From the NCBI RefSeq assembly GCF_009914755.1, contig NC_060930.1: 64,000 bases of DNA; one strand, 5' to 3'. Source of the stretch: the human T2T-CHM13v2.0 reference genome, Homo sapiens. Below are positions 1 to 12,810 of this stretch, in pieces. The number at the start of each line of letters is the position of its first letter. Positions within the stretch are counted from its first letter, which is position 1. The notes under the pieces were generated by a model. The model ran no database searches. It was not told the origin of the DNA and saw nothing but the letters and a program-made list of their open reading frames with translations. The position numbers and the translations under genes are program-made.

Positions 1-3
1 TAC

Positions 4-112
4 CTGAATCATCATCAACAGAGCTTTTCTTGATTCAGTAGAAAAGTTCCGAGTTGATATTATGGTGTTCAATGATGTCAAAAAAAGACAAGGTATATAT
101 TCAACGCCAAAC
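4..112 (-). other. Probable second exon (109 nt, likely 5' UTR) of the minus-strand gene
   Basis: Minus strand reads ...aaaatatag|GTTTGGCG...ATGATGATTCAG|gta: AG acceptor and CAG|GTA donor, 5.5 kb downstream of the exon-1 donor. The polypyrimidine tract is weak and the donor is cut off by the window edge. Confidence 0.45.
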
Positions 113-825
113 CTATATTTTTTAATTGTGTTAAAAACTACAAATTATGAGTTGAATACTTTTAAATGTTTATCTTCATGAATTTTAGACATAAGTATAG
201 AAATATATAAATAGACATACTAAAATAGTCATATAGAAATAAAAGACTAATAACAAACATTTGTAAATTAACCAGACATTTAAAGAAAAACTTTATTAAG
301 AATTATGACAAATCTTACTGAGTGATTAGACTGTGAAAACAGCTGTAGCTTTCTTATTTTGCAGGAACTAGACTGAGTTGATCTCACATGCTGAAGGTTA
401 CAAGCTTGACTGTTACTAAGGGAGAAACCTAAAAATACAAGCAGTTTCACCAGAAGTAACCAGTGCTCTCAGAAGTTTTAGGGACACTTTATGTTACTGT
501 ACACACCATCACATGACATCACCAGGCAAAACATATCTTAAAAACATCACTTAATTCAAAAGTGCTTAAAATAGCAACTGCTTGCAACAGGGTCTGAGTT
601 AAAAGCAAAAACAGCAATAATTTTCAAAGGTAGAAGGAAAGTAGTCAAGCTTCAAACAAATAGTCTCTTTTACACTACCCATCCCCCTTTGAATAAGGTT
701 TCAAAAAAGCATCCATAGCAACAAGTTCATAACATTTATTATTTTCTGAAGTAGACTTAGAAGGAAGAGAGAACAGTAATTATGTACCTATTTTATCCTT
801 CTTTACACATCTTTATAACAACCTG

Positions 826-912
826 GAGGAAACTGAGGTTCAGAAAGAGCAAGTGATCTGCCCAAGGTCATCTACCTAGTAAGTGGCAGAGCTAGGACTG
901 TATGTTCTAGCT
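826..912 (-). mobile_element. MIR fragment
   Basis: gaggaaactgaggttcagaaagagcaagtgatctgcccaaggtca...agtggcagagctagga is the reverse complement of the MIR core. Confidence 0.75.
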
Positions 913-3900
913 CCACGTCTGATCAACATCCATGGACAATAACAGGTATGTTTACTTATAAAAGTTTAAAAAACTTAGGCAGCACTTCTGTAACTGGTGA
1001 TCCAATGTTAAGATGTTATGTGAAGAATGGAGATTACACAACTTTGCTTGTAGTTTATCCCAACACTTAATCACTCCTGTGGTCAAGAAAGTCTTTTGGT
1101 CCCTTCCAATTATAATAGCATTTTACTCTGCTTTGAATATATATGTTTTAAATTATTTGAAGAATAATTTACATAGATAATGCTCAGTATAAGTGTATGG
1201 AACATTATATTACTAAATTTAACAATTATTAAAATAGCCATACAAATGAGGAGTGAATTTCAATTCCATTTTCCTATTAACTATATTAAGAAAAAAGTTA
1301 AGAAAATATAGTAGTCAATACTCAGAGTATTCTGGGAATAGAATCCTCAGCTTCAGAATTTAAAACTCTCCTAGATTCATCCTCTTCCTAATCAAGACCA
1401 CTACTATCAAATTAAACATGCCTTTATAAAGTATTTTGCAATTGCTTGTAAATCCTGTAAAACAGGTTTAAAAACATCAATCTCTTATTTATCAGTTAAC
1501 AGTGACACAGTAGGCACAGTAGAAAACAACTAACATCTCTAATAATTTATATTTGAATTTAAATTGTTGGAAAAGTTTCGCTGGACCAGAAAATATTAGT
1601 AAATCATCAAATGTTTTCAATTCTTTCAATTTTCTCTGAGAGAAGTTCTTTGCCAACTCATACTCTGTGGCTGACAAGCAATTCATTAAAATAGTTCTAA
1701 GACATGGCATTTTCCCATATAATGAAATGAGATCTTGTCATTAAAGGCATAAATATATTGCCCTCAAAAAAGCATTTTTAAAAAATTCATTAAAATACAT
1801 AAGGAGGTAAGTAAATATAAAGAAGTGCAAATTAGCATGATTTTAAAATATAAGAGTCATCTAATGTATTCAAAATAACCTGCTGCCTCCAGGCTGTTCC
1901 TAATGTCTGCCTCTACCTCTAACACACAGACACAGACACACATCCCTTTTCCTCCCCACACGCCCCTGCTGCCTCAACCCTAAGTCTTGGCTTACCTGTT
2001 ACTTTTCCACATACTCCAAAGACAAGGTAATGGATCCCATATTGTGTGTACTCATTACATACTGTCTTTTTCCTTGGTAATACTAGTGACAACTCTAAGT
2101 AAGTCATCATTCTGTATAATATCTATTTCCACAGGAAAGCTATAAGCTCCATGAAAGTCAGAATCATCTCAGTCTCATTCATTCTTATGTTCCCTACATT
2201 CAAAATTCTGCCTCAATTAGAGACTCATTTGTATTAAATATACGAAGAATTATAATATAAGAAAATAATGAAATGGACAAATGAGATTCTTCATTTCACA
2301 GAAAACTACATATTCCACATAAAAATACCTTACAGATCTGGCATCAATCAAACTGAATCAAAATTACTTCATTGTATTGGCCATAAAAAGTCAATGGTGC
2401 TCAAACACATGTTAAGCACATAAGTAATATGTTCCAGGCATTATATATGGAGTAGGACGAATCATCTATCAAAAAAAGCAAATCAAAGAAAGTCAGTTTC
2501 AACCTTCCACTGTTTTAAAATCTTAAATAGTAATATGAGAAACATAGGAGGAAGCATTTACCTTATATTTTTCCACTATTTTAATTCCCTCATCAACCCT
2601 GCAGATCAATTACTGGAAAAATAATGAATATAGAAGCACTGGGTTCAAAAAGAAAGGAAGGGATTAAGGTCTGCATATGCAAAGGTGCCCGATTAGGGTA
2701 GAGAGTGAGAAAAGTAAGTTTAAAATAGGAAGTGCTATCAGCCTACAGCTTAGTATTACAATTAACATGGTATTAGATAAAATATACTTAAAACAGTAAT
2801 ATACTGTTCCAATGTAAGGCTGATATAAAACTATAGACAGATTTGTTCAATTAATTAACCATTTCTACAAGTTAAGTCCACAAATGAAATTTCAAATTTG
2901 GCAATCAGTTATAAGCTCTTCCAGTGCAAATCTCATCCCTTGTAAAGTCCAGAGGTATTAGTGCATAGTACCTCTGGTGACTGATCTGTTTATCAGGTGC
3001 ACTCAGCTTTAAAAATCATAATAAATCTATACCCTAGTTAGGCATCTTATCTTACTGTTTAAAAAGAGGTGGGGTTGGGGGGCGGTGGTTAGACAAAATC
3101 AAAAAGGCATTATCCTTAAATTCCCAACTCAAAGCACTAGCTTCCAGTCCCAAATGGCTAAATGGATTACAATGTGTACATTCTTTTATTAAACTTTCGT
3201 TCTTTTTATTTATAAAATGGATGACCTAATTATATGGACTTTTTTCATGTTTTATTGTTCCAGATAAAATATATCAAAACATATATCTTTCATTTCTAAA
3301 TAGAGTCATGGTCATGAGTAGCTTATTCCAAAGCGAAATCTAACTACTTGCAACGTTCTCCACTAAATAAGTAAATGAAATCACAGACTTACATGGGAAA
3401 TTGAAATAGTATTAATAAATATTTAATACTCGGACTAGAACCTATTTGAGTTGATACTCAGATAAAAATAATCCACCCAAACGGTAGAACTCAGTTTATT
3501 AAAACAGGTAACATGACATGAGGGAATGGGCTTCCAAAGAGTCTCAGCTTAGTGACCTTGAGGCAATTACTTTACTCTGGAAACAATCTAGAACTTTACA
3601 AAGATTGTTTACAATTATGTGTGTGTCCAATAGGATATAAACATGTAGTTCTCAGAAACCAGATGTACTTCGATTTGCACAACAGCCACACTTATATACA
3701 CAAAAATTTTACGTGTAATTATTTTTATGAGATCATTAATTAAATGCAATCATATGAAGAACTACCTAGTAATAACATTACTCATTCTTTAAAAAAAAGA
3801 TTTTCACAGACTGGGTTTTAACTGATCCGCTTGTCTGTATCTAACATCTAGCTACCTAAAATATAGAAGCAACTTGTCTAAGGCCAATCTCCTCTATTTC

Positions 3901-5653
3901 ATCACACTGAATTTGAATTTATATTTTATACAGCCTTTGACTCAATTGTTTTATGTCAAAAAATTCTACAAATACAATGACATTCCATAATATGTACTAA
4001 CTCCTTCTATCAAATAAGCAGTCTTAGGAACTGAATTAAAATATTTATCCAAAATCATACAGAATAGCATAGCGCTTATCCATTAAAATATTCACATCTT
4101 AGAAACATGTTATATCAAACAGTAAGCATTAACCAATGCCTATTTTGGTGACCTTAAAGTACCTCTCTATACACGTTAGCATTACTTATATAATATTGCT
4201 TTTTAATGATATATTAGGACACTTTTTAGAAGAAGTCTCCCAATGCTAGACCGGGAGAAATACTGGATTGAAATTAAATACCTAGTACACTTGGTATACA
4301 TTAAAGTTTGCCTATATTCGAAACTTCAGTTCTCTTACAGCATTCACGAAACTCCACCATTTCCAGAATTAAAAAAAAAAAAAAAAGTTACGTCACGGCA
4401 TTAAAGTGCTAGGTAAAAACAAATTGGCAATTTAAAAAGTCAGCAAAACACCATGTTATCCCCAATTAAACTTTTGTGATGAGAAACAGTGACTAAGCAT
4501 GAAGAAGAGTGATTCAGCGGAAACCGCATATTGAAATCTAACCCTCTGAAAAATCCTAAAGGTTTATTTTATGCTACTCTTTTCCTTTTGCCATGTCAAC
4601 AATTGGACTGCTTTGGAAAACCTTAGTATGAGCAAATGCAAAACCTGTTAATATAATTTCCATAGGTCTCTAAAGAACAAACAGTATTGAAATTTAGCAA
4701 ATGGAAATTAAAATTTAAAAAGTTTGGGATTTTGTATTAAAAGAGTTTTAAATTAATCTACACCGATATCAGAATGCCCATAAATAACTTCATCTTGGAT
4801 CAGAGTCAACGAAGTAATCATGGAATAAAAGGTCAATTCGTTCCCAAGCATCTTTTATCTGGGACTTACAACAGGGCTCAATAAGAAAAACAAGAGAAAG
4901 GGAGAGGGAAATGGAGTACTAGGACATTGGTAAACACATACTGTTTTGCCTCTTTGCCTCTATACTCCCAAATATACCCGTTAAAAACATACTGGCAGAT
5001 TACTTTGAATTCAGCACGCGCTCTATAAACCCCTTCCAAGCAAAGGAGTTCCAAGGCGCAGGTCTTGGAACAACACAAATAACCTCAGGTCTGCAAAATA
5101 AGGAAGTTCCCCTTTAATAAGGACCGAGGCTAAGGCTAAGATCCTCTCACTTCCATGAATGGCAAAGTTACCAACTTTGCTCATCCCGTGCAGACAGTGG
5201 ATGATGCCTCCCCAGTCTTACTTTAAGCCATTTGTCCCCAAATAACCCAAGTTTCTAAAAACCAGACGGAACGAGAAGCTTAGGGTTCCCTAAGTTTAAC
5301 TCCTCCTTCGTCCCTTCCCAATACAAAGACACACAAACTGGGGGGGACACGGAGGTCGGTGCCCTCGAGGCTTAAGTCGCCATTTGCTGACCTCAACGGC
5401 TGGCCCGGCATGCGGCCCGGCGAGGACACGAGCGCGGCGGACGCCCTCTCAGGGCGCCCGGACGGCCGACCCGGGACGCGCATGGACCGGGGTCAGCCGC
5501 CTTTCCTCTGCTCCAGGCCGGGCCCGTCAACCCCACGGCCGCCAGCGCCAGCGCCTCGGTCCCGGCCGCGGCCTCAAACTGCCCGGCCGCTGCCTTCGTC
5601 CCCGCCGCAGCGCGGACGGCGCCGGCCTCCCCTGCGGGCCTCCCGTCACTCAC

Positions 5654-5830
5654 CGGCCGGCGCGGCCGAACCGCGGCCCAGGCCCTAGCTGCCCTGGACG
5701 CCGTGCCCAGCTGCTCCGCTCTGTCCCGGCGACGCTCCGTACCCCACACAGCCGTCCGAACCGCCTCCTCCGCCCCTCTTCCCCAGCCGGGCCGCCGCCT
5801 TTTCTCTTCTCCCGGCCTGCTCCAGAGGCA
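5654..5830 (-). other. Non-coding first exon of a minus-strand gene (transcription start approximate, ~5830-5960)
   Basis: Perfect donor CCG|GTGAGT (plus-strand actcac at 5648-5653) inside the CpG island. No minus-strand ATG between 5654 and 5960. GC boxes lie immediately upstream. Confidence 0.75.
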
Positions 5831-6099
5831 GCCACCCTCCTCGCGCGCCCCGCCCCGCTGCGCCCCGCCCACCCGGCCCGGCTTCTGCCGACAGCTGGGC
5901 GGGGACGCGCACGCAGTCCCGGCGGGGACGCGCACGCCGCCCTCTGACCCCGCAGCGTCGTGGCTAGAGTAGGGTCTGGAGAGAGCTCCCACTGTGGCGA
6001 GTCCTGTCGTTGGATTCCCGCGGCGCCCCGTAAGGCTCCTCCCCGGCGGTGCTACCAAACCCTGTTCGATTTTAGAATCGTACATTCCCAGAGGGAATC

Positions 6100-6200
6100 C
6101 TAGACCCCTCATTTTACAGTTGAGGAAACAGGCCCAAGTAGCATGACTTGTTCGCGCCGCTAGTCGAAGGAGCAGCAGCCCCGATCCCTTGACTCTGGGG
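6100..6200 (-). mobile_element. MIR fragment at CpG-island edge
   Basis: cccctcattttacagttgaggaaacaggcccaag...tgacttg resembles the reverse-complemented MIR core. Confidence 0.55.
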
Positions 6201-7467
6201 CACTGCTTTCCCTTTAGCTCATTTTTGGAGGAAATGGGTGCGCCCTTGCTCGACCTTTGGTGATTGCCGCCACAGGCCTTCCCGCCGGCTAACTCAGCGT
6301 GCCCAAGTCCCGTGACTTAGTGCCAGGACCGTGCTGTGACCCGTTATCCCCTGTCGGGTTTTACCTCCCCCCGGGAGAGCTCAGCCCTGGATCCCGGCGG
6401 GCGGCGGAGCCTCTCTGGAGCCCGGACGGGACAGCCCACCAGGGTCTGCTTCTGTGAGGGGCCGAGGCGTCATTCCGCGAAGGTAATTAGCTGGGGAGGG
6501 GACTTGAAGCCGCTTTTGCAGTGTACCTTACATATGACTGGGGAGTAAAGAAATCCCACAGGGCTGTATCAAAGAATGGATGGATGTCCACGCCCCCGCT
6601 ACCACCACCAAGCCTTGGTCTACGGCCGAGGGACAGTGATTCCGAGCTCTGGGTGTTGGGAGCCGCTCACCCGCCCCCACCCCTCTGTCGGGGACTCCTG
6701 CCCACCCCGTCGCAAGAGAATTACAACAAAGGAAAGATGGTTGTAATCCTGGCAGTGGGGATGGGGGCAGAGCCAGGAAAACACTGTTGTCATCCTTTTT
6801 GTGGCTGCATCTTTACCCCTTGCTGTTGTGCTTTGGGAAAGAGAGCTCACACATAATTTGCTATCCTACAGAGAAAGCCTGTGGGTTTTTCAGATCCGTA
6901 AATTAAACAAAACAAAACAAAAACTGAGTTAGGAACTTAGATTACAGAGTAAAGGTTGATTCCTTAAATGATTAACTTTTTGAAAAATTATCTGTTCCCC
7001 TTATTTTGCCTGATTTGGCTGTAGACAGGCTCTGGTCCTCGGTTCAGACCTTGAGAGCCACTGTCCAGAGAGCTACATGGTCAGGATGGGGAAACAGGCA
7101 GGATGGCCCAGTGGGAGAGGATGTAGGTGCTGCTACACTATAGCCCCGCTCAATGCTCACTGTCCTGGATTGAGTCACAGACCTTTGTTTTGCTTTAGCT
7201 GTCCTCTTATAAAGGATCTAAAATAGATTATCTCTAGAGCCCTTTCCAGCTTTAAAATTCTGTGAATCTCTAATTATACTTATTGAGATCTGGGGCTTTA
7301 CCTTTTACTAAGTCACCTAGCTGACACTAGGTCACCCTCACTCGCCTGAAGTTGAGTCATTCAGGTTGGAAACCTCATTGTCTTCTTTGTCCCTTCATCT
7401 CAATAATTTTCCATGTCCAGACAATTATTTAAAATCCTTTTTTTCTTTCACCTTCATCCCTAGTTAC

Positions 7468-7866
7468 TGTTAAATCAAGTTTAGCCTAAAGCAGCCTCCT
7501 TACATATTTTACGTTCAGCCTAAAGGTTTCTGTGTACACCGTGAACTATAATAAGTGGAGGAGTAAACAGACCATAGCCCACACTTCTGTCAATCATTGA
7601 GTTTGGCCAATCAAATGTAGCCAGTTGTTCGAACCTTGTTCAAATAAGGCAAACCCCAACCTGTAACCAATCCAGCTGTTTCTGTACCTCAGTTCCGTTT
7701 TCTGTATGTCGCTTTCCTTCTTCTGTCCTAAATCATCTTCCACCATGTGGCTGCGCTGGAGTCTCAAAGCCTACTCTGGCTCAGGAGGCTGCCTGATGCG
7801 TGAATTGTTCGTTGCTCAAACTCCTTTAAATTTAATTTGGCTGAAGTTTTTTTTTTTTTTTTAACA
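7468..7866 (+). mobile_element. ERV1 solo LTR, MER57-like
   Basis: tgttaaatcaagtttagcctaaag...ttttaaca with TG/CA termini, CCAAT boxes and a 4-bp TSD ttac (7464-7467 / 7867-7870). Confidence 0.85.
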
Positions 7867-8014
7867 TTACTGTCTTAAACAAATTTGGATGTCTGCTGTT
7901 GCCTAACCAGTCCTTTCTCCTGCAGTATCTCCTATCTCAAATCCCCTATCAACACAATTCTTCCTAAGACACCCATTTTATCTTGTTATTTTTATATTCA
8001 CCTGGCTGGGATGA

Positions 8015-8886
8015 TGTTTTAGTATGTGTATTAGGGTTCTCTAGAGGGACAGAACTAATAGGATAGATACACATAAAAGGGAGTTTATTAAGTATTAACT
8101 CACACGATCACAAGGTCCCACAATAGGCCATCTGCAAGCTGAGGAACAAGGAGAGCCAGTTTGAGTTCCAAAACTGAAGAACTTGGAGTCTGATGTTCAA
8201 GGGCAGAAAGCATCCAGCATAGGAGAAAGATGTAGGCTGGGAGGCTAGGCCAGTCTAGCCTTTTCATGTTTTTCTGCCTGCTTTATATCCTAACTGTACT
8301 GGCAGCTGATTAGATGGTGCCCACCTAGATTAAGGGTGGGTCTGCCTTTCCCAGCCCACTGACTCAAATGTTAATCTCCTTTGGCAGCACCCTCACAGAC
8401 ACACCTATGATCAATACTTTACATCCTTCAAGCCAATCAAGTTGACACTCAGTATTAACTGTCACAGTCTGTTTATGCTGCTATAACAAAATATTACAGA
8501 CTGGGTAATTATAAATTACAAGAAACTATAATTATAAAGAAGAAAAATTTATTTTCTCACAATTCTGGAGGCTGGGAAGTTCAAGATCAAGGCATGGGCA
8601 GATTTGGTTGTCTGGTAAACGTCCCATCTGTGCTTCTAAGATAGCACCTTGAACACCTCTTCCTCTGGAGAGGAGGAAAGCTCTGTCCTTATAGCAGAAG
8701 TTGAAGGGACAAAAGTCAAATTCCCTTTGCCCAGCCCTCTTATAAGGGCATCTAATCCCATTCATTAGGGCAGAGCTCTTAAAACTCAGTCACCTCCCAA
8801 AGGCCATACTTTCCAACACTGTTGCATTGGGGTTAAGTTTCAACATGAATTTTTGAGAAGGGGACAAAACCATTCAGACCATAGCA
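8015..8886 (-). mobile_element. MaLR LTR (MST/MLT1A-like), interrupted by an MLT2A LTR
   Basis: tgttttagt...ctgtttatgctgctataacaaaa...cattcagaccatagca; TSD gatga/gatgg. Confidence 0.8.
8027..8466 (-). mobile_element. MLT2A (ERVL) solo LTR nested in the MaLR LTR
   Basis: tgtattagggttctctagagggacagaactaatagg...ttgacactcagtattaactgtcaca; TSD gtatg/gtctg. Confidence 0.88.
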
Positions 8887-11410
8887 GATGGCTATCTAGA
8901 GCCCATGAGATACAGTCTCAACTCCTGTCTGCAGTTGCTCAAAGTAAATCTTTCATTGTAGCCTGATTTGTTTCCTTCTTTTCTCTACCAAACACTATGC
9001 ACAGTCCAATTCCAAGCCACCTGTGATTATACAGTATAATAATAAATCTGAGATTCCTCCTTCTTAACTATACAGCTCTAATACCATGTCCTCTCTGAGA
9101 GGACTCTGTAGCAAATACTATCTGTTTTGAGCACTTTTACATGTACCAAATGGCACTGTTACCTTTTTCACAAATCTATATGTGAAACATATAGATTCAC
9201 ATGTAGATATTGGCTCACAGATTATCTCCCAAATTCATGGGAGCAGATTTTGCATCACTTTAATATGTTCCCCAACTATCTAGTATACTACCATGTACAT
9301 TGTAGATGCTTAATGAATATTTGTCATTTGAAAAATAAAATGTTTACTTTTCCTGTCATTTCACCCCATCCTCATTTTCTGTGTATCTTCTATTTACCTT
9401 CTATTGGTGCCTTTCCAAGAGAATGTATCAAAGTGTAAGGTGAGCAGAAAGAATGCCAGAAATCACAAGTTTCTTTAAATATGCCCTCCTCTCTAATATA
9501 CATGTATTTTGACATAGACTTTTAGAGGAAAGCTCTCATCTGTGTGACTTAGCCACTCAAGAGAAGTGACGGGGACCCTGGAAATTTAAGGTTTTTTAAA
9601 AAAAGGAGGAAAGGGCAATATTAGGTTTGACCTACCTGCTACCTTAGAGGAAAGGCTTGCTTGTTCCTCACATCACACCCCACATGCTGTCACATACAGG
9701 CTTGGACAAGACCTAGTGGCTTTTTCTAGAGGCTATACCCAAGTTGAGGAAGGAATAAGAACTACAAAAATGACACCACAAATACAAAGCCTAGACACAA
9801 GACTAGACTGTAAGAGAGAGAAGTTGTCAAAGAAAATAAATTCAGTTGCTAAATAAAGTAAATTCAGCCAGACAAATGGCTCTTCCCTTTGTTCAATGTT
9901 AGGTCAAACAGACCTATGTTCAAGTAGGTTTTCTTTTCCAACTAAACCAGCCTGTACTCAGGTAGCCCAGGGCCAAGGCAACAGATAAGTTAGGACTAAA
10001 GTCTAAGTCATGTTCTAATTAAGGAAAGGATCATTGCCAGAGACAAGTGTGATTGGGTGGGGGCTGATTTGCAGCTGTGAAATCATGGGACAATCAGAAT
10101 TACCAGCTGGGACTGTGGTGGGAAATACCATTCCTCTTTTATGATATGCTCCTACGGGATTGCAAGAGAGAAAGAGCCGGTTTGAATCACCTAACTCCCA
10201 GAGTCTAGAATCTAGTAGCTATAATTATATTTCCTATATAAATTCATTTGAAGTATGAGGAATATGATAATTAACATACAATTATATGATAATTTGGAAG
10301 CAGCCTGCCAAGGCTAATATTCATAACCCAAAGTCAACCTTGCAATTTTATATAAATTATCAAGAGAATTTGAACCAAGGCAGCCTGGAATATTAGAAAA
10401 GCAGAAGACCAAGGTTTTGTTCCTGTACACCACAGACTTGCTATAAGACATTGTTGAAATTATCATGTGCATTTCAGTGTTTCACAGTTTGAGTTATTAC
10501 AATTAGATTTCTTAATATAGTGTCTAGCATACAGAATATATGCTCATTAAACAAATAAAGAAACAAATGAAAAATCCCATTCCCTGAAAGGTTGTACCTC
10601 AAAGGTGTGGTATTTGCATTTCGGGAAGCTAGCACTTACGGGTACTAGTCTGTGCTTAAGCAGACGTTTAGGTAGCCTTCTCTCATCTCTTAGATGAGAG
10701 GACATCTAAGAGAGGACATCTCTTAGATGTCCTTTCAGATCAGTTGTCTACAAATACATATGTGACTTTGCTAAGCAAACAGCACTTTCTGATAGTACAT
10801 TTTTAGATAATGTTTAATATCTATGTATACATTTCTCATTATTCGAAGAAATTTGGTATAGATTAAATATCTGGGAGAAACCACTTCTAATTTACCCCAT
10901 AAATGGGCTCACTATTTAGTTCTCAGTTCTACTATATTCTCTATTCAATTGCATTTGTAGCAAAGTCAAATGCCTTCATATAAATGCCATGCTGGTAACA
11001 AGAAGAGGGCTCAAAAGAGGTTGTTGGGATCAGGCAAGCACATTGTTACTGAGTTGTTACTTAGCTCTAGTCTAATAGCTGGTGCCACATGTGAATGGAA
11101 GAAATGGTGGCAACATATTTTCTGATCATTTTTAAAGCTCCTGGAAATTCATATAACTATGTGAAACCACATAATGCGGTTTTCAAATTTTTTAAAAACC
11201 CTGCATGGGGAAAAAAATCTACCACAAAAAAGCCTACAGCTTTATCACCCTTGTTTTAGTGACTCATCCAAAAGGTGATAAAACAGAAATTTGTATTTAT
11301 TTCTGTGCCTAGCCTGGTTTCCAAACCATTTGAGTCTCATTTTCCTCTGGAGGTAGATTTCCTATGCTTAAATGCTGACTCCTAATTCTTGGTAAATTAT
11401 TTAACCTTTC

Positions 11411-11943
11411 TGTCTGGGAGAAAGACTCTCAGATGGCCCCCAAACATCCATGTCTCCTACTGTTCACACATAATCTCTCGAATGAGGACAAGAGCTATAA
11501 CTTGCTTTTTAACCAATTAAATATGTCAAAGGTGTTAGGATATCACTTTCATGTCTACGAAAGATTCTGACTTTTGTCATGCTAGCAGACTCTCCCTCTT
11601 GCTGGCTTTTATGAAACAAGTTGTCATGTTGGGGAGGCCCACATGGCATGGAACTGAGGATATTCACTGTCAACCATCAGTTAGGAATCCAGGCCATCAA
11701 TTCAATATCCCAAAGGAACTGAATCCTGCCAACAACCACCTACATGAATATGGAAGCAGATCCTTTCTCTATCAAGCCTTCAAATGAGACCCTCGCCCTA
11801 GCCAACACCTTGAATTGCAGCTTTGTGAGAAACCTTAAAACAGAGGCCCCCACTAAGCCATGCCCTGATTCACAGAAAATGTGAAGTTGTTTAAGCCATT
11901 AAGTGTTTGATGATTTGTTGTATGGTGATAGATAACTAGTACA
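11411..11943 (+). mobile_element. MLT1G/H-like MaLR LTR splitting a MIR (MIR pieces ~11360-11410 and ~11945-12090)
   Basis: gaactgaatcctgccaacaaccac...ttgtttaagccattaag...gataactagtaca; MIR core sequence resumes on both sides. Confidence 0.75.
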
Positions 11944-12513
11944 TCAGATCCTTCTTTTCTCATCTCTAAAATAGGAAAGAATAGTGTTCTCCCCTGCCCC
12001 AGCGTGTGCTGTTTTGAGAATTGAATGAATTAATATCTTTAAAGTACTTAGAACAGTGCCTGGCACATGTGGGCACTCAATAATGTTAGGTGTCTTTTCC
12101 TCAGCCAGATCCTAGAGGTAGTCAAGTATCTTAGCAAAAAAGGGTAGTAGGCAGAAGCAAAAGGGGCTGTCTTTGTGCAGCTTCAAGCTCAAGTGACGAA
12201 TTGTGACATTATTTTAGGCAGAGGAAAGTTCTTTCCCACTTGTGTTCCACCATGGGGCAACTTTGCTGCAGAGACTGGTAGAGCTGTAGGGGCACTATAG
12301 AAGCCAGGGGAGCTGTGCCCTTATCAGGGTAGCTGGTTGGCCTTGCCCTCGATGGACTGGGCAGTGAAAAGGAGACCCAAGCACAAGATCATAAGTGGAT
12401 TTAGTCTTGAGCACTTCTAACAAAATCTCTGGGAAAACTCAGAAACAACTGAGTCATCCTGTGCAATGGACTTCTGAGAGAGATTGAGTCTACTCACTAA
12501 GATTTGTAGCCGA

Positions 12514-12810
12514 AGCCAGGTGCGGCGGCTCACACCTGAATCCAGCACTTTGGGAGGCCGAGGTGGGTGGACTACTTGAGGTTAGGAGTTCAAGACCAGC
12601 CTGGCCAACATGGTGAAAACCTATCTCTACTAAAAATACAAAATTAGCCGGGGTAAGTGGCACACACCTGTAATCCCAGCTACACAGAAGGCTAAGGCAG
12701 GAGAATCTCTTGAACCCAGGAGACAGAGGTTTCAGTGAGCCGAGATTGTGCCGCTGCACTCCAGCCTGGGTGACAAAGCAGGACTCCATCTCAAAAAAAA
12801 AAAAAAAAAA
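12514..12810 (+). mobile_element. AluS (Sx/Sz-like)
   Basis: Full dimeric Alu with A-tail; degenerate TSD ttgtagccgaa/ttgcagctgaa. Confidence 0.95.

Larger units (their letters stand above)
5340..6700. promoter_or_regulatory. CpG island / housekeeping-type promoter
   Basis: Abrupt switch from AT-rich, CpG-depleted DNA to very GC-rich DNA with dense CpG. Several GC boxes (ccccgccc) at ~5848-5870 and GCGCACGC motifs at 5907-5937. Confidence 0.95.

Noticed and set aside
1492-1710. 72-aa minus-strand ATG ORF in intron 1
   Set aside because: No recognisable homology or convincing splice signals; length is within chance.
5280-6856. Many overlapping ORFs (up to 239 aa) in the CpG island
   Set aside because: Pro/Arg/Gly/Ala-rich products on both strands are expected from stop-codon scarcity in GC-rich DNA. 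Most start at non-ATG codons, several run through the exon-1 donor, and none has a recognisable domain.
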